NCBI GenBank assembly: GCA_963666205.1
Contig: OY762654.1
Location: 2,144,001-2,208,000, forward strand
Source: Synergistales bacterium
Lineage (GTDB): Bacteria; Synergistota; Synergistia; Synergistales; JAFGMB01
Direction of reading: 5' to 3'
DNA length: 64,000 nucleotides
Shown here: piece after piece, positions 30,080 to 39,489 of the stretch
Layout of the letters: every line of letters begins with the position of its first letter
Position numbering within the stretch: the stretch's first letter is position 1
Notes under the pieces: model-generated
What the model saw: only the letters and a program-made list of their open reading frames with translations
Database searches by the model: none
What the model was told of the DNA's origin: nothing
Made by a program: the position numbers and the translations under genes

Positions 30080-30441
30080 TGCACATCTCTCCTTTTCTGA
30101 ATATTGCTATCTGAAATAAACCAGGTTTATTGACTTATGGTCTTTTTTTGAGAGTGAATAAATTCTTACATTCTGTAAATGATGCAGAAAATATTTTCCT
30201 GAAAATTACCTTATGGTATGTAAAAAGGTGGGAGAGAGTAAAACTCTGCAATAAATAATTTTAACATATCTGGTCTTGTCTGTTTTTCTGTAAAGTTTAT
30301 GGGGTGGCGATATAATGATCCTGGTTTTGCAGGTCCCTCAGGAGGAAGTTCTCGAGAACGGGCGGCCGCAGGTTGAAAATGTATGTAAATTCTAATGAAA
30401 CTATCAGAGTATTTTCTATACAGGATATGGAGAACCCGGAC

Positions 30442-31200
30442 ATGACGGATATGTTGACAAAAGAATTCCCGGTAAGGATATATGAGGTGGGGAAGGATGG
30501 AACTTTATCTTTTCCAGGACTTATGAATTTTTTTCAGGATGCGGCAACGGATCATGCCTGCATTCTTGGTGTGGGACTTCCACAGATCATCCCAAGGGGA
30601 ATGAGCTGGTTCATAACTCGATGCCATCTGAAAATTATCCGCTACCCGGAATATGGAGATATTCTGAAGATAAGGACCTGGCCGAAAGGACGCAAAAAGA
30701 TCTTCGCCTATCGGGATATTGAACTGAGCCTGGGTAATGAAATTATCGGGATCGGAAGCAGCGTATGGTGCCTCATAGACCTGAAAACCAAGAAGGTCCT
30801 GTCTCCTTCCAGGGTCCTGCCTGCCTTCGCAGAGAGAGACGAGGATGCCCTGAAAACGGATTTTCCTTCCATTCCATTGATAGAAACCTGTGACAGAGAG
30901 CTTGAATTCTATCCACGCAGATCTGAAATAGACCTAAATCAGCACGTGAATAATGTAGCCTACATGAATTGGGCTCTTGAAACAATTCCAGAAGGGTTAA
31001 CTGATGGATATATTCCTTCGGAAGTACAGATCTTTTTCAAAAAAGAAGCCAGAAGAGGGGACAGGATCCTGTCGAAGGTAAATATAATCGATGAAAAAGA
31101 TGTACTTGAAACCATTCACCTACTGGTTAATGAAAGCATGGATACAGAAGTTTTCAGACAGAAGATCAGGTGGACCAGGGATAGTCACAGGAAGATATGA
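30442..31200 (+). CDS. Acyl-ACP thioesterase
   Basis: FQDAA..H, I.TWP and DLNQHVNNVAY..W.LE motifs. Start codon uncertain. Confidence 0.9.
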   Translation: MTDMLTKEFPVRIYEVGKDGTLSFPGLMNFFQDAATDHACILGVGLPQIIPRGMSWFITRCHLKIIRYPEYGDILKIRTWPKGRKKIFAYRDIELSLGNEIIGIGSSVWCLIDLKTKKVLSPSRVLPAFAERDEDALKTDFPSIPLIETCDRELEFYPRRSEIDLNQHVNNVAYMNWALETIPEGLTDGYIPSEVQIFFKKEARRGDRILSKVNIIDEKDVLETIHLLVNESMDTEVFRQKIRWTRDSHRKI

Positions 31201-31212
31201 GGTAATGTATTT

Positions 31213-32058
31213 TCAGTTACCAGCGAGATTAACCCGAAGCCTGGCAAGGGGATAGAAAAGAGGTTCTTTTTTTCTGAATCCACAGATGTATCTGAAACCA
31301 AGTTTCTCCAGAAGTTCTGTTGTCTGGTCGAAATCTTTTCCAATATCTTCCGCCCTGTGGGCATCCGATCCGAGGGTGATTATTTCTCCACCAACTTCCC
31401 TGTAGCGGGATAGTATGATGCTGTCAGGATGGGCATGTCCCAGGCCATACCTGTAGCCTGAGCTATTAACCTCAAGTCCTGTGCCTTTTTCGACAGCCAG
31501 TTTGAGTATCTCATCGATAAGGTCCATGTGAAGATCGTAATCAAGTTCGCTATGATCTTTCCCGTAATGGTTCTTTCCGTACCGTTTTATGAAGTCCATA
31601 TGCCCAATTACTGAAAAACCGTCAAAAATCTTAAGGTTCTCATAGACAGACTGAAAATATATTCTGTGGGCCTCATCCTTCTGTTTCCCATCAAAATAAG
31701 TTTCGTCGAAGAAGTCCCCCCTGTCAGCGCAATGAATCGAGGCTATTATAAAATCCAGATGGGGGTCGGACAGCACATGGTCAAGGTCTCGGGCAAGATG
31801 CTGCTGTAACCCCAGTTCAAGACCTGTCCGGATGGACAGTTTCCCTTCCCATTTTTCCCTGTAAGTTTCAAGTATCTGAAAATAGCTGGGCAGGTCTATA
31901 TCAAATATTACCCGTTCACTTGGGAAATCAGGGTCAAGATGGTCTGTGAGGGCTATTTCCTGAAGTCCAAGATCGAAGGCATGCTGGAATATTTCATCGA
32001 GGGATTGACCTGAATCCCCCGAAAAAGAGCTGTGTACGTGGTAATCAGCTTTGAACAT
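31213..32058 (-). CDS. Histidinol-phosphatase HisJ-family PHP hydrolase
   Basis: DYHVHSSFSGDS, TDH, GLELG, GHMD, LEVNSS and GSDAH motifs. Confidence 0.9.
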   Translation of the reverse strand: MFKADYHVHSSFSGDSGQSLDEIFQHAFDLGLQEIALTDHLDPDFPSERVIFDIDLPSYFQILETYREKWEGKLSIRTGLELGLQQHLARDLDHVLSDPHLDFIIASIHCADRGDFFDETYFDGKQKDEAHRIYFQSVYENLKIFDGFSVIGHMDFIKRYGKNHYGKDHSELDYDLHMDLIDEILKLAVEKGTGLEVNSSGYRYGLGHAHPDSIILSRYREVGGEIITLGSDAHRAEDIGKDFDQTTELLEKLGFRYICGFRKKEPLFYPLARLRVNLAGN

Positions 32059-32364
32059 GTTCGTCCTCCCTGGTGACAGACTGATTGTAACAGGAGTATT
32101 TCCCAGGAATGTTACCAGAGGGTAATAAAAAAGTAAAAGATATGCATGTCCTGAAATGAAATAATTTGCCGACAGCGGAAATTGACCTTTTTACCGAATA
32201 ACAATACCTGAAGAAGAGGAGTTCACGAAAAAGACTTTGCTTTCTATCATTACTGTAGCGGCAGTTCGATCAGTAATTCTGCCCATTATGGTGGATGAAG
32301 CCCAGAGCTCTTGCAGGAATGGATATTAACCGGTTCCTCGATGCATGGGATCTGATCTGAAAAC

Positions 32365-32402
32365 AAAGAGAGGCACCGCTGAGACCAGCGCTGCCTCTCT
32401 TT
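32365..32402 (-). terminator. Terminator after ridA
   Basis: aaagagaggca-c-cgctg ... cagcg-c-tgcctctcttt. Confidence 0.75.
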
Positions 32403-32421
32403 GTCAGTACATAAAGTATTG

Positions 32422-32802
32422 TTAACCTTTGTAGGCGATTACTTCGACTTCAACAAGGGCTCCAAGGGGAAGGGCTGCAACCTGGACGAAGGATCTCGCG
32501 GGGGGCTCGGAAGTGAAATAAGAGGCATAAACTTCGTTGACGGCCTTGAAATCATTCATGTCTGTCGCAAAAACCGTTGCCTTGATGACGTTGGTCATAT
32601 CAAGCCCCTGGGAGGCAAGGACTGCCTTTACATTTTTCAGTACCTGCTCTGCCTGGGCTGCAGCATCTTCTCCAACAAGTTTACCCACTGCCGGGTCAAT
32701 GGCCACCTGTCCGGAACAGAAGAGGAAATCTCCTGCCTCAATGGCCTGGCTGTAAGGTCCTACTGCTGCAGGTGCCTTGTCCGTGGCTATAACTTTTTTC
32801 AT
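32422..32802 (-). CDS. ridA: RidA family reactive imine deaminase
   Basis: APAAVGPYSQA, SGQ, N..YA.YF..PPARS and LP.GALVEVE motifs. Confidence 0.95.
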   Translation of the reverse strand: MKKVIATDKAPAAVGPYSQAIEAGDFLFCSGQVAIDPAVGKLVGEDAAAQAEQVLKNVKAVLASQGLDMTNVIKATVFATDMNDFKAVNEVYASYFTSEPPARSFVQVAALPLGALVEVEVIAYKG

Positions 32803-32872
32803 AAATATCCCTCCATTTACATATTAGGTTTGTTTATATTACTGGATGATCCTCATATCTGCAAAGCAGAAC

Positions 32873-33754
32873 TCAGAAAAGTTGACCCTGAGCTGTGAAT
32901 ACGACCTTTCCTCCAACGTTGACCTCCACTTCTTTACCGGTGTCCATGGCTGTAAGAAGGAGCAGGGATGGACGGTTTACCTGGTAACCCTGTTCGACGC
33001 GGATATTCTCGATCCGGGAACTGCCAAGAACCCGGTGTTTTGCAAGATACCCGGCAAGACATCCGTTTCCACTTCCCGTAGCGGGATCCTCTTCAATTCC
33101 GTAACATGGAACAAGCACCCGGTCATGGATCTGGTTCTCAGGATAAAGGGTCTCTCTGCTGAATACCAGTATAAGAGCCTTGCCTGTTCTTTCTATGAAT
33201 GGATCATAAAGATCCTTGTTTATACGCACTTTGCGAACATCTTCAAGACTTTTCAGGGGAAATATAACTGTGGGCAAACCTGTGGAAACCCACTGGACGG
33301 GGAATGCAGGATCTATCTCGGATGCTTTCATCCCGATAATGGGTGCCACTTTTTCAGCACTAAAGACTTCGCCGAATTCGGGCGCAACCTGTTTCATCCA
33401 GTATACGTCATCTTTAACCGTAACGGGAATTGCTCCTACTTTGAGATTCAGGATTATCCGGTCAGGGTTTCCTGGTGCAATTTCTTTACGTATAAGAGCA
33501 GCGGTCCCCAGAGTAGGATGCCCTGCAAATGGAACCTCTCCCCCGGGGGTGAAGATGCGGACGTCATATCCTTCATTTTCGGGAGTGTCCGAGAGAATGA
33601 AAGTGGTTTCCGAATAATTCATTTCTCTTGCGATGTCGAGCATTTCCTCAGAAGATAAATCCCGGGCATGTCTTATTATTCCCAGCTGATTACCTGCATA
33701 TTTCTTTTCGGCGAATACGTCTGCGATGTAAAAGGGATGATCTTTCATATCCAT
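32873..33754 (-). CDS. PhzF family isomerase
   Basis: DVFA...GNQL, ETTF, RIFTP..EVPFAGHPTLG and EDPATGS motifs. Confidence 0.93.
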   Translation of the reverse strand: MDMKDHPFYIADVFAEKKYAGNQLGIIRHARDLSSEEMLDIAREMNYSETTFILSDTPENEGYDVRIFTPGGEVPFAGHPTLGTAALIRKEIAPGNPDRIILNLKVGAIPVTVKDDVYWMKQVAPEFGEVFSAEKVAPIIGMKASEIDPAFPVQWVSTGLPTVIFPLKSLEDVRKVRINKDLYDPFIERTGKALILVFSRETLYPENQIHDRVLVPCYGIEEDPATGSGNGCLAGYLAKHRVLGSSRIENIRVEQGYQVNRPSLLLLTAMDTGKEVEVNVGGKVVFTAQGQLF

Positions 33755-33769
33755 TCCTCCTTTATTTTC

Positions 33770-33844
33770 AACTGTTACAGTTGACAGGATAATATATAAA
33801 CCCGAAAATAACAGATACAGTTTTTGTAAAACTAACCATTACAG
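33770..33844. promoter_or_regulatory. Probable MocR operator in the phzF/mocR divergent region
   Basis: aactgt-t-acagtt inverted repeat plus repeated (a)tacag(tt) boxes. Confidence 0.5.
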
Positions 33845-33855
33845 ATTATGGAGAG

Positions 33856-35286
33856 TTGAAAGATATGGAAACTTCAGGTTATCTTTACCTGGAACTTGCA
33901 CAGAGGATAGAGCAGGGTATAACAAGCGGAGATTTTCAGGCTGGAGAAAAACTGCCATCATTAAGGAAGCTCCATCAGCGGACGGGTAGAAGTCTGACAA
34001 CTGTTTACCAGGCTTACATGGAGCTCGAAAGAAGGGGGCTGGTCACGTCTCATCCGCGATCAGGTTTTATTGTGAATCCTGATACTACATTATTCAATCT
34101 CCCCGAAGCAAGAGTTAAGGAAACCTATCCGGCTCTGGTTTCACAAACCACCCTTCTTTCAAGTATAGTGAGCAGCCTTTCCGATCCGGCTATTCTTCCC
34201 CTGGGATGCGCCTATACCTCAATGGATATGATGCCCCAGAAGCATCTTGCCAGGATATTAAGAAAGGTATTGAGCCGTGATCCTGGAGGTCTTGTAAGTT
34301 ATGAAAACACAATGGGTAACACAGAATTAAGAAAACATCTTGCCCTGTGGCTCTCAGAAAGGGTAGGAAGGATTTCTTCCGAGGATATACTCATTACCAG
34401 TGGAGGTACCGAAGCCATTTCCATATGCTTAAGGGCTATCGCAGAAAAGGGAGATACTATTTTAATCGAATCTCCGGCCTATCCGGGAGTTCTTCAAATA
34501 ATGGAGGATATGGGACTGTTCGCGTTGGAAATTCCTACGGATCCCGTTTATGGGATAGATCTGTCTATGGTAAAAAAGATCGTTAAAAAAGAAAGGATCA
34601 AAGGATGCTTTCTTACTCCTACCGTTCATAATCCCATGGGATTTGTCATGCCAGAGAGAAACATGGAAGAACTTGTCTCTTTATTTTCATCCATAGATAT
34701 ACCTGTAATTGAGGACGATACCTATGGTGAACTGACCTTTGGCGGTAAAAGGCCCGGTACATTGAAATACTGTGATAAAAAGGGTCTTGTCATCTATATT
34801 TCTTCTTTTTCCAAGATCGTGGGGGGCGGGTTACGAACCGGATATGTAGTTCCTGGAAGGTATATGGAACAGGTAAAAAAGATCAAGCTCGGTTCATCTC
34901 TTACATCCACGACGATAACCCAGAAAATTCTTGCCGAGTTTATCATGCAGGGCGGACTGGACAGGCATCTTTGTAAATTGACCAATTTCTGCCGCCGGAA
35001 TCTAGATCTTTCCATGAAAGCTGTAAGGAGATATTTCCCTGAAGAAGTCAGGGTATCTTCTCCAGCGGGAGGGTTTCTGCTCTGGCTGGAAATGCCGGGT
35101 CATGTCGATTCAATGGATGTCTTTCAAGCAGCCTGGAAGGAGGGAATATCCATATTTCCAGGAAGGGCTTTTTCTGTAACAGGACTTTATGATAACTGTT
35201 TCCGTCTGAACTGTGGGAACAGTTGGAATGAAAGGATCGAAGAAGGGTTTATGATCCTGGGGGAAATAGTCAGGAGGTCTTGTTAG
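33856..35286 (+). CDS. MocR-type GntR regulator with PLP aminotransferase domain
   Basis: GEKLPSLR wHTH; HNPMG, IEDD.Y and SFSK...GLR.G motifs. Confidence 0.93.
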   Translation: MKDMETSGYLYLELAQRIEQGITSGDFQAGEKLPSLRKLHQRTGRSLTTVYQAYMELERRGLVTSHPRSGFIVNPDTTLFNLPEARVKETYPALVSQTTLLSSIVSSLSDPAILPLGCAYTSMDMMPQKHLARILRKVLSRDPGGLVSYENTMGNTELRKHLALWLSERVGRISSEDILITSGGTEAISICLRAIAEKGDTILIESPAYPGVLQIMEDMGLFALEIPTDPVYGIDLSMVKKIVKKERIKGCFLTPTVHNPMGFVMPERNMEELVSLFSSIDIPVIEDDTYGELTFGGKRPGTLKYCDKKGLVIYISSFSKIVGGGLRTGYVVPGRYMEQVKKIKLGSSLTSTTITQKILAEFIMQGGLDRHLCKLTNFCRRNLDLSMKAVRRYFPEEVRVSSPAGGFLLWLEMPGHVDSMDVFQAAWKEGISIFPGRAFSVTGLYDNCFRLNCGNSWNERIEEGFMILGEIVRRSC

Positions 35287-35289
35287 ATC

Positions 35290-35329
35290 AGCTGATAGAA
35301 GGGAGGATATATCCTCCCTTCTATCAGCT
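35290..35329. terminator. Perfect 40-bp palindrome, bidirectional terminator
   Basis: agctgatagaagggaggata|tatcctcccttctatcagct fills the gap between convergent stop codons. Confidence 0.8.
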
Positions 35330-35330
35330 T

Positions 35331-36179
35331 TTATACTGCGAACATATTTTTTTCTTTCAGCCAGTTGAGAACTGTTTCTGCAAGTTCTATCCTTTTGCTA
35401 TGAAAGGAATGGCATCCATTCAGAATGGCATCTGCCGCTGTTGTTACATTGGCTTCTCTCAATGCTTTCATAAAAGGATAATGGTGTATTTCCGGATGTG
35501 ATATGTCGTCTCTGGCACCAGCTATTACCAGTAGATCCTTATCCTTGAAACCTGAAGCATGATTGGAAAAATCCCATTCTTCAGAGTTCCTGTCTATCTC
35601 TTCCAGAAGAGTTTCATGATCCGTTCCCTTGAGGGGCTGGCTGCAGTCGACGAACATTTCATGGGTAAGCTCGGCATATTCTTTGCTCATCCGGCGATTC
35701 CTGGCGACAGCTCCAAGGTTATAAGGAGCGATGGCGACAATTCGGTTAATTTCTGAAAGCCGGTAACCGTTCATTAGGGCAGAAAATCCTCCCACACTAT
35801 GTCCCATAAGAATGAACCTGGATGGGTCTACACAGTATTTCTCTATATTTGCTGGTTCCAGAAGATGTTTAATCACAGTCCTGGTATCATCAAGGACGTT
35901 CTGAAAAGAATAATCGCCCTCACTGCCCCAGGATCCCCGGTAATGAAATACCATTACGTTGAAACCGGCACGTCGGAATATCTGGGCCAGGTCAAAGTTG
36001 CGTTCGTTTCCGGGGAAGCCATGGAGAAGTAAAATTGTAGGATGTGGGCCTTTTCCCTGCGGGGTGTACATTATGCTGAAAAGCCTGGACCCTTCGCTTG
36101 GGATAGCCAGCTCCAGACAGCCTGCCGGATGTTCCAGATCGAGAAATTCCGGATCCTTTGAAATACATGTGAATGACAT
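35331..36179 (-). CDS. Alpha/beta hydrolase
   Basis: LHGFPGNE, YRGSWGSEG, GHSVGG nucleophile elbow, D and H triad candidates. Confidence 0.9.
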   Translation of the reverse strand: MSFTCISKDPEFLDLEHPAGCLELAIPSEGSRLFSIMYTPQGKGPHPTILLLHGFPGNERNFDLAQIFRRAGFNVMVFHYRGSWGSEGDYSFQNVLDDTRTVIKHLLEPANIEKYCVDPSRFILMGHSVGGFSALMNGYRLSEINRIVAIAPYNLGAVARNRRMSKEYAELTHEMFVDCSQPLKGTDHETLLEEIDRNSEEWDFSNHASGFKDKDLLVIAGARDDISHPEIHHYPFMKALREANVTTAADAILNGCHSFHSKRIELAETVLNWLKEKNMFAV

Positions 36180-36460
36180 CTTATCCCTCCTATTATTAAT
36201 ATTCAGGCATCTATGGATATATTAAGAACCTTATATCTGTCAGGTGTTCTATCTTCCAAAGTCATAAAAGGACCATCAGGAGATCGCTCGTCGAAAGAGA
36301 TGTTAAATTAAAGTTCGCTACGAATTTCCCTTAATTCTTGATATAAAAACCAGGAGGAATTATACGCCTCCATTAATCATTTAGTCCATTTGATTAATAT
36401 GAAACACATTGTCTTGATGACCGGAAAGCAATTCCATAAGAAAGAAAATCCCGGCGTATT

Positions 36461-37120
36461 CTATTTTTCGTTCATTATGAGAATATGTTTTTTCAGACAG
36501 TCCCTGCTTTTTTCAAGGTTCCCTTCCTCAAGGGCATCGATGAGTTCATAGTGCATTTTTGCGGATCTTTCCATGTTGTTTTCAAGGACAAGATCCTGGA
36601 ACATGGCCAGTCTGAGTTGGTAGAAAATATTCTTGAGCATGGTCAGGAACCATTTCTTGCCCGATCTCTCCCAGAGAAAGGAATGAAACCTTATATCCCT
36701 TTCATTGAATTCCGTAAGTTTTTCCTGGAGGTTTTTTGACGAAGTGGTCAACTCCACCATCTCGTCTATCATCTTTCTCAGCATCTCAAGATCCTGGACA
36801 GAAAGGCGTTTTTCCTCAATAAGTACCTGGTAAATATTCGTCTCAAGCAGGTAGCGTATTTCATATATCTCTACAAAGTCATTGTGGTCAAAATCGGAGA
36901 CGAAGGTTCCTTTACGGGGAACAGAATGGACAAGACCCTGTTTTTCCAGTTCCTTAAGTGCTTCCCGGAGTGTTGATCTGCTTATGTTCAGCTTTTCAGC
37001 CAGTTCGACTTCCCGAAGATGTTCACCTTTTTTGAAACTTTCTCCAAGGAGGATCTGTCTTCTTATAAAATCTGCTACCCGGTCACTCAGATTTTCATTC
37101 TTGAAAAAGTCCTTATCCAT
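36461..37120 (-). CDS. GntR/FCD transcriptional regulator
   Basis: ISRSTLREAL wHTH; R..LE, D..FH and H FCD motifs. Confidence 0.92.
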   Translation of the reverse strand: MDKDFFKNENLSDRVADFIRRQILLGESFKKGEHLREVELAEKLNISRSTLREALKELEKQGLVHSVPRKGTFVSDFDHNDFVEIYEIRYLLETNIYQVLIEEKRLSVQDLEMLRKMIDEMVELTTSSKNLQEKLTEFNERDIRFHSFLWERSGKKWFLTMLKNIFYQLRLAMFQDLVLENNMERSAKMHYELIDALEEGNLEKSRDCLKKHILIMNEK

Positions 37121-37168
37121 AATGGAAATCTCCTTGTGTGATTTTCTTGAACAATATCAGCTATTTCA

Positions 37169-37205
37169 ACACTGAAGGGTTGAGAAATACCCAGCCCTTC
37201 AGTGT
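37169..37205. terminator. Stem-loop between dehydrogenase and GntR genes
   Basis: acactgaagggttg ... cagcccttcagtgt. Confidence 0.65.
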
Positions 37206-37223
37206 AAACAGTTTCAGGGTCTA

Positions 37224-38465
37224 TCAGCTCCAGCCCCGTATTTCCATGGCTTCAACGATCTTTTCAAGGGCGTTGACCCAGACAGCTGTTCTCATGGAGA
37301 TGCTCTTTTCGTCCATAACGGTCTTTGCTTCTCCATAGGCGGTCATCATCCGCTTATCAAGGCGCCTGTGGACCTCTTCCTCATCCCAGTAATCTCCGCT
37401 AAGGCCCTGCATACGCTCGAAGTCGCATACTATACAACCTCCTGCATTTGCCAGAACGTCAGGTATAACAGCTATTCCCTTCTCTTCCAGAATGTTGTCA
37501 GCTTCCGGTGTGGTCGGAGCGTTCGCTGCCTCTACAAGCAGTCTTGTCCTGATCCGTGGGGCGTTTTCCGCTGTGATAACATCCTGTACAGCGGCAGGTA
37601 TAAGGATGTCGCATTCCTTTTCCAGGAGTATGGCCGTATCCATAGGCTTTGCGCCCTTGAAATCTTTTATGGTACCTGTTTTATCTACGTGATCCATAAG
37701 CTGATCTATATTGATCCCCTGATCATTAAAAACAGCTCCATTGATATCTGATACTGCAGTTATTCTGAACCCCCGGTCATACAGGGTTTTTGCCGTAATG
37801 GATCCAACCTGTCCGAATCCCTGGATCACGACTCTGCTTTTCTCCGGTTCCATACCCAGTTCCCTGGATGCTTCAATTGTGCACATTGCCACTCCCCAGC
37901 CGGTTGCTTCAAAGCCTCCTCTGGATCCTCCAATACCCAGTATGGCAGGTTTGTCATTGATAGCAGCTGGGCAGTGCATTCCGGTGATCTGTTCATATTC
38001 ATCCAGCATCCATGCCATTGCCTGTTTTCCCGTTCCAATATCAGCTCCGGGAACGTCCACCCATGCTCCTCTGGGTTTCAGTTTCCGGATGAATCCTCTT
38101 ATGAGCCTTTCATATTCTCCTTCGCTCATTTTCGAGGGATCGGCCTTTATGCCTCCCTTACCTCCTCCTGCAGGAATATTTCCTACACCATGTTTGATAC
38201 TCATGAAGAGGGAAAGGGCCTTGATCTCCTCTGTTGTCAGATCGGGTTTGACCCGGGTTCCGTCCTTCGTGGGTCCTGTTGCATCCTGGTGATTTGACCT
38301 GTAGGCTATGAAGATCTTCCTGCTCCCGTCGTCCATGCGGACGGGGATAGTAAATTCAGTGAATCTCATGGGAGTGCTGAGCCTTTCAAGAAGGTCTTCC
38401 TTCATTCCCATTACCTCTGCTGCTTTCCTCAGGTTATATTTCGCTTCTTCCCAGACGTTATTCAT
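37224..38465 (-). CDS. Glu/Leu/Phe/Val dehydrogenase family protein (divergent)
   Basis: GGGKGG, ATG.GV, IQGFGQVG, EAANAP and PDVLANAGG motifs. Confidence 0.9.
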   Translation of the reverse strand: MNNVWEEAKYNLRKAAEVMGMKEDLLERLSTPMRFTEFTIPVRMDDGSRKIFIAYRSNHQDATGPTKDGTRVKPDLTTEEIKALSLFMSIKHGVGNIPAGGGKGGIKADPSKMSEGEYERLIRGFIRKLKPRGAWVDVPGADIGTGKQAMAWMLDEYEQITGMHCPAAINDKPAILGIGGSRGGFEATGWGVAMCTIEASRELGMEPEKSRVVIQGFGQVGSITAKTLYDRGFRITAVSDINGAVFNDQGINIDQLMDHVDKTGTIKDFKGAKPMDTAILLEKECDILIPAAVQDVITAENAPRIRTRLLVEAANAPTTPEADNILEEKGIAVIPDVLANAGGCIVCDFERMQGLSGDYWDEEEVHRRLDKRMMTAYGEAKTVMDEKSISMRTAVWVNALEKIVEAMEIRGWS

Positions 38466-38480
38466 GGAATCAGTTCTCCT

Positions 38481-39437
38481 TTAGTCCACAACAGGTAGGC
38501 TAAGGTCTTTCGGGCCTATCTCCGACATCTTGAGTTCCGGAGCTCTTCTTTCCATGATCTCCTGAAGGATGGATGCGATCTTTACCTTCTGACGGATGAA
38601 TTCGTCATGCCAGCTCTCGGTTACCCAGGGCTTGTAAATATCGGCTTCGGAGGTACCAGGCTCGATCTTGAAGTACACAGGTGCTGCCACCCTCACGATC
38701 TCCGGTACGTCGTAGGCACGGAATATGCCTCCGAAGGAATCGACAATGATCATATATACATCCAGGGGAATGTCGACAGTGCTTCGGATGCTTGAAAGGA
38801 TGGGTAGACTAACATCGGAGAGGGGATTCATTGAGTTCGCTCCAAGTTCCTCAAGAAGCCGGGCTCCCGCAGGACTGCACTGTCCTCCGAAGACAGACCA
38901 CTTGAACACGGTCTCGGGGGGAATGAATCCTTCTTCTCTCATCCTGTTCACTACACGGAGGGCTCCTTCATCATAGACAAGGAATCCCCTGATACCAGCC
39001 TCGAGATTGCGCATCATATCTTCGATCCAGTAGGCCATGTTATCAGATCCCCTGTGTCGTGGTCCCTGTACAATACCTTCGGGGTAACCCGATTCCTTGG
39101 AACCCACGTCCCAGGCCTTACGGTGGCCTATGGTCATGATGATCTCGATCTGTTCATCATGGGCAAGTTTCGCCATATCCTTCAGTTCCTGGAAATCGCA
39201 ATAGGTGGAACCTCCAACTGTGCAGATGGCTCTATGGACCTTGAGACTCCTTTTCTTTGCCTCATCCACCATGGCGACCATGGTGCTGTATCTTTCTACT
39301 CCTGCGATCTCTATCCTGTAATGACAGCCGTCAGGAAAAGATTTCCTCGAATCGGGCAATGACCAGCCGTCCCTGCCGGGTATCCCCATCGTTTCCATGA
39401 ATTTACCTATCTCTTTAAAATGTTTTGCCTTGAACAT
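38481..39437 (-). CDS. Uncharacterised TIM-barrel protein, 'peptidase U32'-like
   Basis: G.RGFLV.DEG, K.SV, A..LLE.LGA.S.N and D..L..L..IR....PLD.Y patterns. GGAGG RBS before ATG 39437. Confidence 0.65.
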   Translation of the reverse strand: MFKAKHFKEIGKFMETMGIPGRDGWSLPDSRKSFPDGCHYRIEIAGVERYSTMVAMVDEAKKRSLKVHRAICTVGGSTYCDFQELKDMAKLAHDEQIEIIMTIGHRKAWDVGSKESGYPEGIVQGPRHRGSDNMAYWIEDMMRNLEAGIRGFLVYDEGALRVVNRMREEGFIPPETVFKWSVFGGQCSPAGARLLEELGANSMNPLSDVSLPILSSIRSTVDIPLDVYMIIVDSFGGIFRAYDVPEIVRVAAPVYFKIEPGTSEADIYKPWVTESWHDEFIRQKVKIASILQEIMERRAPELKMSEIGPKDLSLPVVD

Positions 39438-39489
39438 GTACTGTTCCTCCTCTGTAAAATGTTTTCCTTTTCTGCTGTGTCTTCGCACC

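Noticed and set aside
32140-32360. Short signal-peptide-like reading (KKTLLSIITVAAV...) in an intergenic gap
   Set aside because: No start codon/RBS pairing, early stop and no recognisable family; at most a decayed remnant.
32846-33658. Long antisense ORFs (270 aa here; also 41783..42565 and 61049..61726)
   Set aside because: They lie opposite well-supported genes and lack motifs or an RBS; these are shadow ORFs.
36180-36460. Structured-looking 280-nt intergenic region (possible riboswitch or sRNA)
   Set aside because: No recognisable riboswitch consensus on either strand.
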